From: Bilabrum cf. latius
Taxonomy: Eukaryota
Length of the DNA: 64,000 nt
Direction: 5' to 3'
NCBI GenBank assembly: GCA_965178125.1
Contig: OZ237774.1
Location: forward strand, 1-64,000
Translations under genes and position numbers: made by a program
Notes under the pieces: model-generated
What the model was told of the DNA's origin: nothing
Database searches by the model: none
The model's input: the letters and a program-made list of their open reading frames with translations, nothing else
In this document: positions 21,648 through 35,401 of the stretch, one piece after another
Layout of the letters: each line of letters begins with the position of its first letter
Position numbering within the stretch: the first letter of the stretch is position 1

Positions 21648-24164
21648 TCATTCCCTTCCCCCCTGCTGCCCGTTTTCGTGCTCCGTCCCATCGCCAGCTT
21701 CCAGCAGACCTGCAGGCCCACGCACAGAGAAGCCCCTCCGGCGGCGCCCCCTCCTGTGCCTCGCCCCACTCCTCCTCACCTCGGCCGTCTACCCACTCCT
21801 GCCCCCTGTTGTCCCACCCTCCTCCGTATCCTCCCCCCACCCCTCCTGCGTTGGTACCGGAGACCGCACATCGTCCAGCATCCTCTTCCGGTCCCTCAGA
21901 GGCATGCGCGCCGCCGCCAGCTGCATGCCCCTGTAGTCCTCCCCAGACACGCCGAGCTCCCGCTCCGCCGCCTCCATGCCCGCCCCTGTGCTGGCCCGAT
22001 CCTCCGCCGCCTCGCTCCACTTGCCGCCCGGCTGCACCTCAAAGGCTGGGCCCACCGCGCCCAATGGATCCTCCTCCAGCAGCCGCCGCACGGCTCGCCC
22101 CCTGCGTCCCGCAGGCACGTCCATCCGCGCCACCATCCTGTGGAGGTCCTTCGCGTCACTGCCCTCCTCCAGCTCACCCACTACGGCCTGCTTCCGCTCC
22201 CACTCAGACACCTTTTTCCTTGTTTCCTGGGTGCCTTTGGCTTGACCACTCTGCCTAGAAGCGCCCCGACGGCTCCCCGCGGCCATTCCACCGATCTCCT
22301 CCTCTTCTTCTTCGCCATCTTCCTCGTGGAAGCCCGCCTCCTCCCCATCCCAACCGACACCCACGCCGCCTCCAGGAGCAGGCCCCTCCCCCTCCTCCCA
22401 CATGAACCCCGAATCAGAATCGGAGCCAGCCAAGCCCTTCCCCTCCCCCTTCCCCTTCACCTTCCCCCTTCCCTTCCCAAACCCGCTTTCCCTTGCCTGC
22501 ATCCTCGCTCTCTCCCTTTCCCTCCGCAGCGCCTCCCGGGCCCGCCTCTCCGCCTCCTCACCCGCCTCCACCAGCCCCCCCAGCCCATCCCCCCCACCCC
22601 CACTCCTACCCCCCTTCCTCTCCGCCCGGTCCCTCCCCTCCAGCAGCCGAGCCGCCCTGCTGGCCCGCAGCTCCCTCCCCTCCCCTCCAAGGTACGCCTC
22701 CACCGCGAACTCCCTCGCTGCCTCGTCCCGCTGCACCTTGCGCGCCTGGGCAGCGGCGCGCCCCGCATCCGGGGTCAGCAGCGCCAGCGCCGCCTCATTA
22801 CCCACGATGGCCCCAGCCCCCGCCGCCCTGCCCTCCCTCGAGGATCCCCCCGGCTCGCCATGCCCATGCCCCCGCCCCGGGAGCTGGCCCAGCCCAGGCA
22901 AGGGAGGCAGCGCGGCCGTCCTCCTTACCCTCCTGGCGGCCAGAGACACACCTCCAGGCACCCTCACGGCCCTCCCCTTCCTCAGCATGGCCCCGATGCC
23001 TCTCCGCAGCTGGGACCGAGACACGCCCAGCGCCCTCTTGAGCAGAGCAGGGGTCAGCGACGAGGGCTCAACCAGTGCCCTGTCTTCGCCTTCACCGGCA
23101 CCGACACCCCTCTCGCTTTCTGCCTACCCCTCCAGAGCCTCGTCCCCTATGGGGAGAACCCCGGGGATACCCCCCCGCACGGGGTCGCCCTGCATCCCCC
23201 GGCTGCCCCCCTGCCCCCGGGTCCTACCCCCTGGGGCTGGGGCCATATCCCCGGGCTGCTGCAGCCACTTCTCAATCGCCCGCCCCTGTGCGACTCCCCC
23301 ACTCTAGGCCCCACCCCCCATCCCCCCGGGTGCCGCCTCCCCCCACCGTGCCTCGGGTCGCAGCAGCTGCTCCCGGGTCCACCCCAGCCTAGCCAGCCGG
23401 TGCAGGAACGAGGACACCTCCCGGGCACTCTTGCGGCCGCCTGCTGACAGTGCCACTACACACACACGGTCGCTGTCAGCCATGCCGGTCAGCGCATCGG
23501 CCAGCGAGGACGCCCCGGGGGGAGAGGGGAGCGGGCCGTACACCGGAGCAAGTGCTCGGGCGTACTGCTCGTCCCAGGGGCCCCGGACCGCAGCAGATGC
23601 GCCTGTGGCATCACCAACATCATGCGGACTCAATGAACCGTACAGCTTTGCCTCCACCTCTCCCTCGTGCTTGCCCGTGTGGAAGGCCAGCACCCGCTCC
23701 CCTAGCTGCAGAGTGCGAGTGGTGTGCCGCAGGGGCAGCCAGGCGAGTCCGGTGGTTGTGCTAGTGGCTGTCCCTGCAGGGCCGCGCGACGATGGTGAAG
23801 TGGTCAGTGGCTTGGCACCAATTCTTTCCACTCTGAGCCAGTAGCCGGCTGCACCATCGGATGACAGCACAGTGCAAGACAGCGGCACATCACTTCCAAG
23901 TCGTACCAAGCTCCTGTCGGACGATGACTCTGCGTTATTACCCTACGGATTGCGGGTATTACTATAGGAAATGGTACCTGGCTGTCCTCGAGTGCGCTTC
24001 TTGCCTCGCACGCGCATAGTCTGCGTACTTGCAGCAGTTCTTCTCGCCAGTGAATGGATGTCGCCTCCGCACACATCACTCAGCGCGTTTAGGGCCGCGG
24101 CCGCCCGCCGCAGTCCAGCAAGTGGGGTCTGTCGTGTGATAGTCGACACAGTGGATGCTCTCAT
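21648..24164 (-). CDS. CvfB-like (S1 plus winged-helix) putative RNA-binding protein with probable mitochondrial presequence; TAG at 23943, 23304, 23124, 21789
   Basis: Three listed ORFs share one frame, joined only by TAG; TGA stop. GYWL..AWLP..LQLGERVLAF is S1-like, and GVLPIGD..TPALLKRALGVSRSQLRRGIGAMLRKGR..GGVSL resembles the CvfB winged helix. Confidence 0.55.
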
Positions 24165-24295
24165 GTTTTGGTACGGCGTGGAATATGCTCCGAAGGCTTG
24201 CAAGGTTACAACCGGGGTTCCCGAGCCGGAGCGAAAATTCGTGCCACCGCTTGAGAAGAGAATCACGAGCATTACGGTATAGTCGTCGAACGGAG

Positions 24296-26837
24296 ATGGC
24301 AGGAAATGCGCCTGTAGACATTGTTTTGCTACGCGAGGACCAGGGCGGCGACCCGAACTGGTGGAGAAAGCAGCAGGAGCTTCGCTTCAAGGATCCAAAG
24401 GTTGTAGACCTGATCCTCGAGCATGACCAGGTGAGCCCGCACAAGGTTACAGTTTAGACGCAGCAAATCAGCCGCCTTATGATATATTGTATGTTAAGCT
24501 ATGCTGATGCGCTCAGACTGACCGCAATACACGCCATGGTTTTGCCTTTCATACCACGGGCGGCATTTGGTTCTCTCTTCTCGATGGACTCTTTTACCGG
24601 GAATGCAGGTGTTCAGGACGTCCGATACCGCCATCCGCGACCTCAAGAAGAAGAGGAACGACGCAAACAAGGAGCTTGGGGCCATGCACAAGGCGGCCAG
24701 GGGAGACAAGTGAGGCGGGTGTGACATTTCCTGTGGCTGTAGCACGAGCACCCTGTGCGCCACCACCAGTGTTCTACTTTCGTAGTGTGCATCTCAACCC
24801 GATCAACGCAGGTCTAAGATTGACACGAAGCGCCAGGCCGAGCTGGAGCAGGTCAAGGAGAGCGTCGTGGGCGACATCGAGATGAACGAGCAGCGCCGCG
24901 CCACAGCCCTGGAAGAGAGGGACCGCCTGCTGGGCCACCTGGGCAACGGGGTGCACCCTTCCGTGCCTGTGTTCCAGAGCGAGGACCACAACGAGGTCGT
25001 CAGGGAGGTGGGCGGCAAGCCCTCCCCTGCCGACGTGTACTCGGGCGAGGACGTGCCTGCCTCCCCCTTGGACGGCCGACCGAGCCCCCGCCCCCTGCAC
25101 CACCACGAGCTGCTGCACATGATCGGCGGGTACGAGGCCGAGGCGGGGTCTAAGGCCGCTGGACACAGGGGGTACTACCTCACTGGCCCTGGGTTCAAGC
25201 TGAGCATGGCAGCCGTGCAGTACGGCCTGGATTTCCTCGCGGAGAGGGGGTACACCCCCGTGCAGCCCCCTTACTTCCTCAGCAAGTCCGTGATGGGCGC
25301 CGTGGCAGAGCTCGAGGACTACGACCAGCAGCTGTACCATGTGGCTGGGGCTGGTAGCGAGCCGGAGGACAAGAAGGACGCCAAGAAGGACGCCAAGAAG
25401 GGGGCAGCCAAGGGCGGGGCTGCCTCGGGGGCGGGCACCACCGCGGTGCTGCCGACCCACGCGGCCGTGTCTGGCGGTGGGGAGGACAAGTACCTGATCG
25501 CCACGAGCGAGCAGCCCTTGTGCGCGCTGCATATGGGCCAGTCCATCGACTGCGGGTCGCTGCCACTGCAATACGCTGGATTCTCGACGTGCTTCAGGAA
25601 GGAGGCAGGCAGCCACGGGCGGGACACGTGGGGCATCTACCGCGTGCACCAGTTCGACAAGGTGGAGCAGTTCGTGATCTGCGAGCCGCACCAGTCCTGG
25701 TCCATGCACGAGAGGATGATCAAGGCCGCCGAGGAGCTGTACCAGTCCCTGGGGTTCGCCTACCGCGTGGTGACCATCGTGAGCAAGGAGCTCAACAACG
25801 CCGCCGTGAAGAAGTACGACCTGGAGGCGTGGTTCCCCGCCTACCAGGAGTACAGAGAGCTGGTCTCCTGCTCCAACTGCACGGACTACTAGGCCCGCTC
25901 CATGGGCACGACAATCCTGGGAGGTGACGCCGACTCTGCCAAGAAGCAGGCGGAGGTTGAGGCCGCCTCCGAGGCCCAGGGGGTCAAGCTGCCCGTGCCC
26001 CCGGGGTCCAGGGGACCGGAGGCACAGAGCAAGAGGCACCCTCACTTCCTGAACTCGACCCTGGTGGCGTCCACCCGCGTGCTGTGCTGCTTGCTGGAGA
26101 ACTACCAGACCCCCCGTGGCATCAAGGTGCCCGACGTGCTGGTGCCCTACATGGGCGGGACCACCTTCATCCCCTTCGTGCGCCCATGCCCCGTGAATGC
26201 CAACGCGGCCAAGATGGCTAAGGCCAAGAGCAAGAAGTCTGGCGGCGGTGGCGGCGGCGGCAAGGGCAAGGCCAAGGGTGGATAGGCCAAGGGTGGAGCC
26301 AAGGGTGGATAGGCCAAGGGTGGAGCCAAGGGTGGAGCCAAGGGTGGAGCCAAGCCAGCCGCCGCACCAAAGGCAGCTGCACCCAAGCCAGCCCACGCCG
26401 CCCCCAAGGCAACCACCGCTGCTGCTGCCGCTGCTGCTGCCCCCAGGACAGGCGGTCCCGAGGAGGGTCGCCCCGCCCTGCGCATGGGCGGCGTGGGTCT
26501 GGCCCACCTGAACGCGCGCCTGGCCAGCCTCCCCTACGTGGCGGGCTTCGCGCCGACGGGAGAAGATGCCGCCGTGCTGCGGCTGCTGGAGGCAGCCCCC
26601 CTGGTGGCTGCAGGCGGAGAGGCGCAGGCCGCGACTGGCACCACGCTGGGCTCTGCCGCCACTGTGGCTCTGGCTGCAGTCATCCCGCCCGTGCACCACG
26701 TCAGGTACCCTCACCTGGTGCGGTGGCTCAAGCGGGCCCAGGCCATGCGGCCAGCGGACTGGCAGGCGGCGGGCGTCTCGGACGGGGCTGTGGCGGGGTT
26801 CGAGGCGGGGCCGGCCAGCGCTTTCTTCCGCGGCTGA
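24296..26837 (+). CDS. SARS1: Cytosolic seryl-tRNA synthetase with C-terminal eEF1B-beta/GST-C-like domain; introns 24431-24608 and 24709-24811; TAG at 25890, 26283, 26310
   Basis: DIVLLREDQGGDP..QELRFKD, YLIATSEQP, STCFRKEAGSHGRDTWGIYRVHQFDKVEQF, ELVSCSNCTDY*AR, HFLNSTL, LLENYQT; TGA stop. Confidence 0.93.
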
Positions 26838-27160
26838 TCGTGGAGTTGCAGTGCAATGCAGTGCGCCCAGCCCAACCCTTAAGAAGGGCGTGCAACCAAT
26901 GAGTTGTGTGTGGCAAGCATAGATGCTAGCAAATGTCACCTTCATGCATCCACTTAAAAGCGAGCACTTTAATATTTCAGGATTGAGTGCAATCCACCGG
27001 CTTGCACCCCACATCGGATCAGTACTGCACACGCTCAGGCCAAGGCCCTTTTTCCCCGGGGCGAGGCCTGCACACCAGACTAGGCTATCCATCAGGTAGC
27101 CCAGTTCTTCCGTGCTCAGCGGCTGTTAAAGGCGACTGGCACCCCATCAGCTCCACCGCC

Positions 27161-29324
27161 TCACATGCCCGGGAAATCGTCCATCTTCTCCAGCACCGCC
27201 GCCCTCCCCGCCTCAGTCTGCAGGCAGTCCACCACCTCGGCGAGCCCCTCCACCAGCGAGGTGCACCTGTACGGCACACCGTGCTCCCTGCAAGCTGCCC
27301 TCACCTTCTGCGCGATCAGGGGCAGGTTGTGCCTCGGGGCCGTGGGGAACATGTGGTGCTCCACCTGGTAGTCCAGCCCGCCCATGAGCCACGACACGAG
27401 GGACTCCCCCAGCGCCACACCGTCCTGCCCCTGGGTCTCCATGTCTCGGTCCTCGCCGTCCTTGCCCGCGGGCTTGGCTCCCATCCGCACCACCCCCTTG
27501 ATGTTGCGGGTGGTGAGGACCTGCTGCAGGTAGAATCCCCTGGGGCGGTGCTTGTGGTCGATCATGGTCATGCCGTTGTGCCCCACCACGAACATGGTGG
27601 CCAGCAGCAGCCCGCCCGTGCACTGCGCCAGCATGTAGTACGACAGCCAGGCCTCCACGGGCACGCCCACGGCCAGCAGCGCCAGCAGCCCCCCGTAGTG
27701 CAGGGCCAGCCCCGCGGGCTCCCAGTACCCCCAGGGCAGGGGGGCCTTCCGCGTCTCCTCCCCGTCCATGGCGTACCCCGAGCTGATGCCAAGCGCGTGG
27801 CACAGGCTCTGCTGGGACCACACGATGCGGGCGAAGGACAGCAGCGGCACAAACGTGTAGGCCTAGATCTTCATCTGCGCCCGCATCCACCACGCGTCCC
27901 CATCGGCGCCCTCCTTCATCCCCTGCTTCAGGTAGTAGTCCGACCAGGCCAAGAAAGGCATCGTGTCCACGTCCGGGTCACCGTCGTGCCTGCCCGCCCC
28001 CGACTCGTGGTGGTTGGGGATGGCGTGGTGCCTGTTGTGCTTGTTCTTCCACCAGTCCACGCTGAACCCCTGGCACACGTTGCCCACCCACCAGCCCAGC
28101 AAGTCGCCCAGCCGCCTGTCAGCTCCGCCCCAGGAAGCAACCCCCTCAGCGCCCTCGCTGCCCCACCCAGAGAACACCTGGTGGTGGATGTAGTCGTGCG
28201 ACAGCCACCCGCACTGCTGCCAGAACAGCGCCATCAGCAAGGCAGACACAGCCGTCCACAGGTCGGGCACCACCAGCCCCGCCTCCGCCCCCAGCAGCCC
28301 GACGACACCCGCGGCCCAGCCATCGCTCCTGGCCGAAGCGGCCGCCTCGTGCCTCTCCCGGGCCCCGTGCAGCAGCACAGCCGCGGAGGCAGCCCCCAGC
28401 GCCATCGTGCTGGCGAACTTTACCCAGTAGTACCATGCGCTCGCGTCCAGCAGCCCCTGCCGCTTGAGGTCCCCCCGCAGCCGTCGGATTGCGGCTCCGA
28501 ATGCGTCCTGCTTGGCTGCAGGCAGGCGCATGGTGGTCAGCGCAAGCCCGCTGTGTGCCTGGGTGGTGTCTTCCATTTGCACCTGCTTGTCCTTCTCCTC
28601 GCCCTCGGCTTTGCTCTCGCTTGCAGTGGTCTCTTCGCCCTGCACGGTGTCAAACCCATCCAGCGAAGTTTCGGGCCCCTCGGCGCGCCCGATGGACCGC
28701 TCGGCCACCAGCTTGCGGGCCTCGGCAGAGTGGAAGGCAGCAAACACGTCCGAGGCGTCGCGCCCCGCCCACGTGTGGATGAGAGACCCACCTGGGTGCC
28801 CATCGGGCCCGGTGGACCAGTTGCTCACGTCGCATACCTGCGGGTTCAGCGGGGCGGCGGAAAGGTGCAGATGTAACGGCGATGCCGAGATCGGTTCGGA
28901 TCCACTGGCAGCTTTACCTGGACCTAAAATACGGACATGCTGGTGTGGAGATAACAAGTGATCCTTAAGCTTTATAGCGAAGGAGTGCTGCTCATCAGCT
29001 CCTGCTGCTGCCGGCGAACTGGCTGGACTCTTCCTTGGGGGCACTGACGTGAGCACTTCCCATACCAGTTGGCGACTACAAATGCTCTGGTCATGCCCAA
29101 CAAGCAGTCAAGTGTGCAGTACGGATATATTGACTGTATTAGTGACCCCACCCATCACAGTGGGCATGAATTGCGCTGCAAAACCTTCGAACCGCACTGC
29201 TCACCACACCATCAACTACTAGCCAGGCATCCTTCGGGGTCGAATGCTCTCGAATTGCTGACCATGAGATCTTTTTGTTAGGTATCCCAGCCTGCTTTGA
29301 TGTCTGCCTTGCACCGCGCCCCAT
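27161..29324 (-). CDS. Front-end (delta-6-like) fatty acid desaturase with N-terminal cytochrome b5 domain; intron 28838-29204; TAG at 27863
   Basis: MGRGA start, AWLVVDGV|VCDVSNW..HPGG, histidine boxes HDYIHH, HNRHH, QVEHH; MKI*AYTFVPLLSFAR; TGA stop. Confidence 0.92.
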
Positions 29325-29486
29325 CGTGCCAGAGTGGAAGTGCATTCCCAGACCCGAGACTGGTCTTTGTTGAAACATTACCTTACTATAACATTAAACC
29401 AGACAATTTGATTCGGAGCAAGAAAAGTCTGCAGACGGTGACCGTAATACTGCACAGTAGGCGCGCCTAGATTAGTTTCGGTTAGG

Positions 29487-31234
29487 ATGCTTGGCAGAGT
29501 CGTGCGCAGCAGGGTTGCAAATGCAGCCAGGATGGGCCAGGTGAGTGTGAAAACGATTTGATCCCGTCCCTGGGAGCAGCTGCAACAGGTGCTTCTCCTG
29601 GGCCGATCGGCTCCCATCGACGCCATAGCATCCGGATATGCTCCTTACGTGTGCACTACCCCACTCTGTACTATATATGCCTCGCATGATCCATAATACT
29701 CGCAGAATGCGCTTCGCTAGACGCAGCGCCGCTGGTTGAATCTTCACGAGTACCAGAGCAAGCAGCTTGCAGAGAAGTTTGGAGTTGCCATGCAGAAGGG
29801 TGAGAGCTACGTGCCGCCGTGTTCCTGTTTGCATCAAAGTTTATCGCCAGCCAGCTGTACGCTTCAGATTAACGTATTTACAATTCGATTTCGCAGGTGA
29901 TGTGGCGCAGACCGCCGATCGCGCGGCTGAGGTGGCCCGGGGAATCTTGTCAACAAACCCCAACGCAGACCTTGTCGTGAAAGCACAGATCCATGCAGGT
30001 GGTAGGGGCAAGGGCTACTTCAAGGAGAATGACTTCAAGGGCGGCGTGAAGGTCGTGAAGACCGCCGAGGACGTGAGGCACCGATCTAGCATTTGTACGC
30101 GACATGCGAGCATCGAGGTGCATTACCAGCTTATTTCCAAGTCGTGGATACATCCAATTATCCAGGATGTATAGAGTGGTGCTAGCGCAGCCTTGGAGCC
30201 ACTCTGCCGTCACTAACTCTCCATCGTCATCCCTCCTCGCCATTTCTCCGACCGCGCAGGTGGAATCCATGTCTGCCAAGATGCTCGGCAACACCCTGGT
30301 CACCAAGCAGACGGGCGAGGAGGGGCAGCAGTGCTCCAGCGTGCTCATCAACGAGGGCGTGGACATCGAGCGGGAGCTCTACTTCGCCCTGCTCATGGAC
30401 CGGGCGGCTCACGGGCCCGTGGTTGTGGCCTCCACCCAGGGCGGCATGGACATCGAGGAGGTGGCCGAGACCAACCCCGATGCCATCATCAAGGTGCCAG
30501 TGGATATCAAGCAAGGCATGTCCAAGGAGCAGGCCGAGGACATCGCGGCCAAGCTCGGGTTCGAGGGAGACCTGAGGACCAACGCGGGGGATCAGTTCCG
30601 GGCCCTGTACGACATGTTCATCGGGACGGATGCCACGCAGGTGGAGATCAACCCCCTCGCGGTGGCCAGGACCAGCGGTGTGGAGGGGGCCAAGGACCAG
30701 GTCATCTGCGTGGACGCGAAGCTCAACTTTGACGACAACGCGTCCTACCGGCAGAAGGACATCTTCGCCATGCGTGACACGAGCATGGAGGACCCGAGGG
30801 ACGTGGCAGCGGAGGAGGCTGGACTCAACTACATCGGGCTGGACGGGAACATCGGGTGCATGGTCAACGGGGCAGGGCTGGCCATGGCCACGATGGACAT
30901 CATCAAGCTGCACGGGGCCTCGCCCGCCAACTTCCTTGACGTGGGCGGGGGCGCCACTGTGGAGCAGGTCACAACGGCCTTCAAGCTGCTGACGAGCGAC
31001 TCCAACGTGAAGGCCCTTTTGGTGAACGTGTTCGGAGGCGTGGTCCGCTGCGATGTGATCAGCGAGGGCATCGTGACTGCTGCCAAGGAGGTGGGCCTGT
31101 CCATCCCGCTCGTGGTGAGGCTAGAGGGGACCAACGTGGAGAAGGGGAAGGCCATCCTAGAGGCATCCGGGCTGGATATCACCACGGCGGATGACCTGGA
31201 CGATGCCGCCAAGAAGGCGGTCGCGGCCGTGTGA
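29487..31234 (+). CDS. sucC: Succinyl-CoA ligase beta subunit, mitochondrial; introns 29541-29705, 29800-29896, 30073-30259; TAG at 29718
   Basis: Presequence then [82 protein letters not shown]; ends TGA-TGA. ADP vs GDP specificity not resolved. Confidence 0.93.
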
Positions 31235-31500
31235 TGAGTGGCCGTGCGGAAAGAAGCAAGTGCAGGCAAACATGCGGTAGTGCAGCGTATCGGGAGGTCT
31301 ATCTGGGAGCTGGGCGGGTCTCGACCGGCGATCTGGGTGGTTTATGACACCAAGTCATTGGATGGCTGTAGCGTACCGTTGTATAGGAAAACAAGCAGTC
31401 GTCCACAGAAGGCGGAGCACCCACCTTTTCTTGCGTTCATCTTCGTTTCGAATCGTGGTCGTGACTGTCACAGTTTTCCCTCATCACTAGCTGGATCCTC

Positions 31501-34500
31501 ATGGCAGCCCCCTCAAGTGGGGCTAATTAGGTTCAAAATACAGTTAACCCAGTTGGAACCGGGGATAGCAACCATCATAGCCCAGAGAAGTGGCGCGTTG
31601 GAGCTTGTGATGGGAAGCATTCGCTGCCAGTACGTGTTGCTCAAACCGTGGTGGCATTCCCATGCGTGAGATACAGCAGCGCGTTTATGCATGTTCTGTT
31701 GTCTGTTTTACGTGATTTTGGGCGTGATTCGCTGATAATAACCGTGTTTGGCCTCACTACCTATCGCCGCAACTCTGCTGTACTCCCCGTAACCGGTCGC
31801 AGTGCGTCTTGATGAGCGTGGTGGCGTTCTTTTTCTTCGCCTGCATTATGCTAGTTGCATTCGACCAGGCAGATTTTACGGAAACGTCCGACTACGACTT
31901 CTTTCTTTTGGACAGAGGTGAGGAAAGGCATAGGTTCTCATGACGTGTCGTTCTGGCGGTGGGCCATTCGAAGCAGAAAGTGGCCCGCTAACCTTACACC
32001 ATGTCGCTCCCATGATGATCATTTATTCTACGTCGATATCACACCGCATTGCAGAAGAAGTGCAGAACGTGCAGGCGGTGGACCGGGCGATCGCCCAGCT
32101 AACGAACGGCGGCGACGGGGCCACGCTCACGCAGCCGCAGCAATCGGTGGACCCGCCATCTTTGGATGTGCTTGTACTCGCTCGTGGCGAAAGCAGCGAT
32201 TTGATGCAGAATGTCGACGGCCGAGGCGAAGTTCCGTCCCTGCTGGGCAAGCTGCTGCTAGACGCCGATTTCCCGCAGACGTGCCACGTTCTCAACCAGA
32301 CCTCGAGGGTGTGCGAGGCCCCTCTGACCCCAGTGGCCATCGATTATGACTCTGAGACGCTCCCTGCGGACAAGGTGCAGGTCGGTGTGGACCCCCACGC
32401 AGCAGGCGCCCCCGGGCCCAGCACCCCCCGCGTGCGTCTGGCCCCCAGCGCCGTCCCCGAGGCGGGGACCATCCGCCGGGACACCAACGCCAGCGAGACC
32501 AGGCGCATCCTGTTCCGGTACGCCAACCCCGAGGAGGCTGCCTCCAGGGGCATGATCCTCGAGGCAGAGGTGCCGCTCTACTCGTCCTTCCGCACTCTCT
32601 TCTTCGACCGTGATTTTGGCCGGGTGCTGGAGGAGGGCGATGGCGAGCTAGAGGAGCAGCGGGCCAGGGGGGAGGACTACGGCGTGTCGCTGAAGTCTCG
32701 GTTCCTGCGGCTGAGGATGGCGCAGGGACTGCCCCTGGAAGGGTACTCGAACGAGGAGGACCGGGTCAGGGAACAAGAGACCGAGTGGGGGGAGCTGCTG
32801 GGGGACCCCATCGACGAGGTGAACTTGGACCGGTTTGGACAGGACCCCCCTCCCGATGGAGTGGAGGTGCTGTTCTTCAGCGGGGCCATCCTGCAGCGGG
32901 AGTTCAACCGCCGCACCGTGCAGGACCTGTACTGGGCGGGGGCCTCGATGGCATTCGTGTTCGCTTACACGTGGTTCCACACGGGATCCATCGTGCTGGC
33001 GGCTGCCGGTCTCTTCATCATCTTCAGCGCGATGCCCATCGGCATGTTCCTGTACCGCATCGTGTTCCAGATCCCCTTCATGCAGACCCTCCACGGCCTG
33101 GCAATCTTCGTGCTGCTGGGCCTCTCCGCAGATGCAGTCTTCCTGGTGCAGGACTCGTACCAGCAGGCCCCATCGGTGGGGGCCAAGGAGGTGGAGAAGC
33201 TGCTGCACAGGCGGGACTCGGTCCGCTGGGTCAGGGCCAACTCCAAGGGCGGGCTCAGGCCGGCGATGACCCCCGCCGCGCTGGAGCAGTTCAACGCGCA
33301 GGACCAGCACAAGGAGGCCCGCCAGGCCCGCGCCGAGGAGGAGGCGATGCTGGCGCGGATCGCCTACACGTGGGGCCGCGCCTCTGTCAGCCTCACCGTC
33401 ACCACCATGACCACCATCGTGGCCTTCCTCGCCACGGCCGGCTCGAGGATCATGCCCATCTCAACCTTCGGGATCTTCGCCGCCACGATCGTGTTTGTCA
33501 ACTACTGCCTGGCGCTGACTCTGTACCCCTCTGCCATCGTGCTGTGGGAGCGCAACGTGAGGCCGTGCGAGGCATCGTGGGCGCGGGCGTGCTGCGGGTC
33601 ATGCTGCGGGGCCGAGGAGGAGGCGGCGGGCAGCGGCGGGGACGAAGCAGCAGCAGCAGCAGAGGGGGAGGAGGGTGGGCCCGAGGGGGCTCCCTCTCAG
33701 GGAACAAAGCGGGAATCGGAGTCGTCCAAGGCATCGGGTAATTCCCCGCGGGAGGTGGTGGCAGACGTGCACGACGAGAAGGCCGCGGCCTCTGCGGCCC
33801 ATGCGGAGGATGGTTCGGAGGTGACAGGTCACGAGGAGCACCCGGACGCCAACGGCCTGGTGGCGCTGGCGGGTCTGCAGACCAGCAAGGGACACGGGCA
33901 CGCCGATGCCGAGGCCAACCGCCCGATCGAGGTCTTTTTCAGGGACTACTGGAGCGAGTGGATCTACGTGGCTCGGTTCCCAGTGCTGATCGGGTTTGCC
34001 ATCCTGGTTGGTGTGTTCGCCTACTTGGCCTCTCGGCTGGGACCCCTCACCCAGCAGGAGCAGTGGTTCCCCGAGAACTTCTACGGAGGCGCGGGCCTTG
34101 CCTGGCTGGAGGACGAGTTCCAGCTGACGGAGAGAGACAGCACCGTGGAGGTGGACATCACCTGGGGAGTGGCTGGCATCAACCGAGACGGGACCAGCAG
34201 GTACAAGCCCGCCAACCCAGGGCGCGCCGAGTGGGACGAGTCATTCGACATGTCTTCCCCAGCGGCACAGCAGGCCATTTTGGACACGTGCTTCCTCGCC
34301 CCCGCTGCTCTGGGCCGCGTGCCCAAGAACGAGGAGCTGCCGCTGTACAAGGCAAACGTGTCGTGCTTCATGCAGGAGTACGCCGACTGGCTCAGGGACG
34401 AGCAGGGGGGCAGCTTCCCCTTCGTGGCGCAGGGGGGAGGCGCAGCGCCCACGGCAGAGGAGCAGAGGACCCAGTTCCTGGCCTCGCTGGACTCGTTCAC

Positions 34501-35401
34501 CACCGAGTCATCTGTGGGGCAGGGACTCAGGGCCTCCAACCGGATCGGCTTCGACGCGGGAGGCACCCTCCGCATGGTGCAGGTGGCCTTCAGCCTCAAC
34601 CTCGAGCAGTTCGAGCCATACAACGTGAACAAGCCAGTGCAGGACCGGCTGGACGATTTCGTGGCTGACCGCAACCGCGCCTCACCGGATGGTGCGGACG
34701 GTGCCTTTTAGACGGCGGGCATCTCATGGGGCTGGATGCAGACGGAAAGAGAGCTGCTGCGGACAGCCATCAACGGGATGGCCATCTCCCTCGCCGTTGC
34801 CACCTTGGTGCTGGTCTTCTCCACCACCAACGTGATCGTAGGGGGGCTGGCTGCCTTGTCCATGGCTGGGATCCTGGTGGTGGTGCTGGGCACCTTCGGG
34901 GCCCTCGGGTGGGAGATGGGCGTGACGGAGAGCGTGGCATCGGTGATCCTGCTGGGCTTCAGCGTAGACTACACGGTGCACAGCGCGGTGCACTTCGTCA
35001 CCTCGAACAAGCCCAAGGCACACCTTCGCGTCAAGGACTCGCTCAGGGACATGGGCGTGTCCATCATCGCAGGGGCCATCACCACGGGCGGGGCCGGGGT
35101 GTTCCTATGGGGTGGCATCATCATCTTCTTCACCAAGTTCGCCATCACGCTGACGGTTGCCATCGGAGCCAGCCTCATCTTCTCGCTGGCCTTCCTCCCT
35201 GCGGCTCTGTGCGTGGTTGGGCCCGACGGTGACACGGGCAGCATCCTGCCGGCCATGCGGGCCATCGGGCTGGGGTGCCTCTTTGAGAGCGAGGAAGAGG
35301 AGGATGGTGACAAGTTGGACAAGGAAGGAGGGGGTGTGCAGGTGCAGGGGGCAGAAGGCAAGGCGGCCTCGACTGCACCCACGCAGGCTGAGACGGCGTG
35401 A
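31501..35401 (+). CDS. Dispatched/Patched-like RND (sterol-sensing domain) membrane protein; introns 31666-31802 and 31918-32054; TAG at 31528 and 34709
   Basis: Two TM clusters with GLSADAVF and GFSVDYTVH motifs, TTMTTIVAF, GAITTGGAG; ORFs 31940 and 34736 share a frame across GAF*TAG; TGA stop. The first two exons are less certain. Confidence 0.85.
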
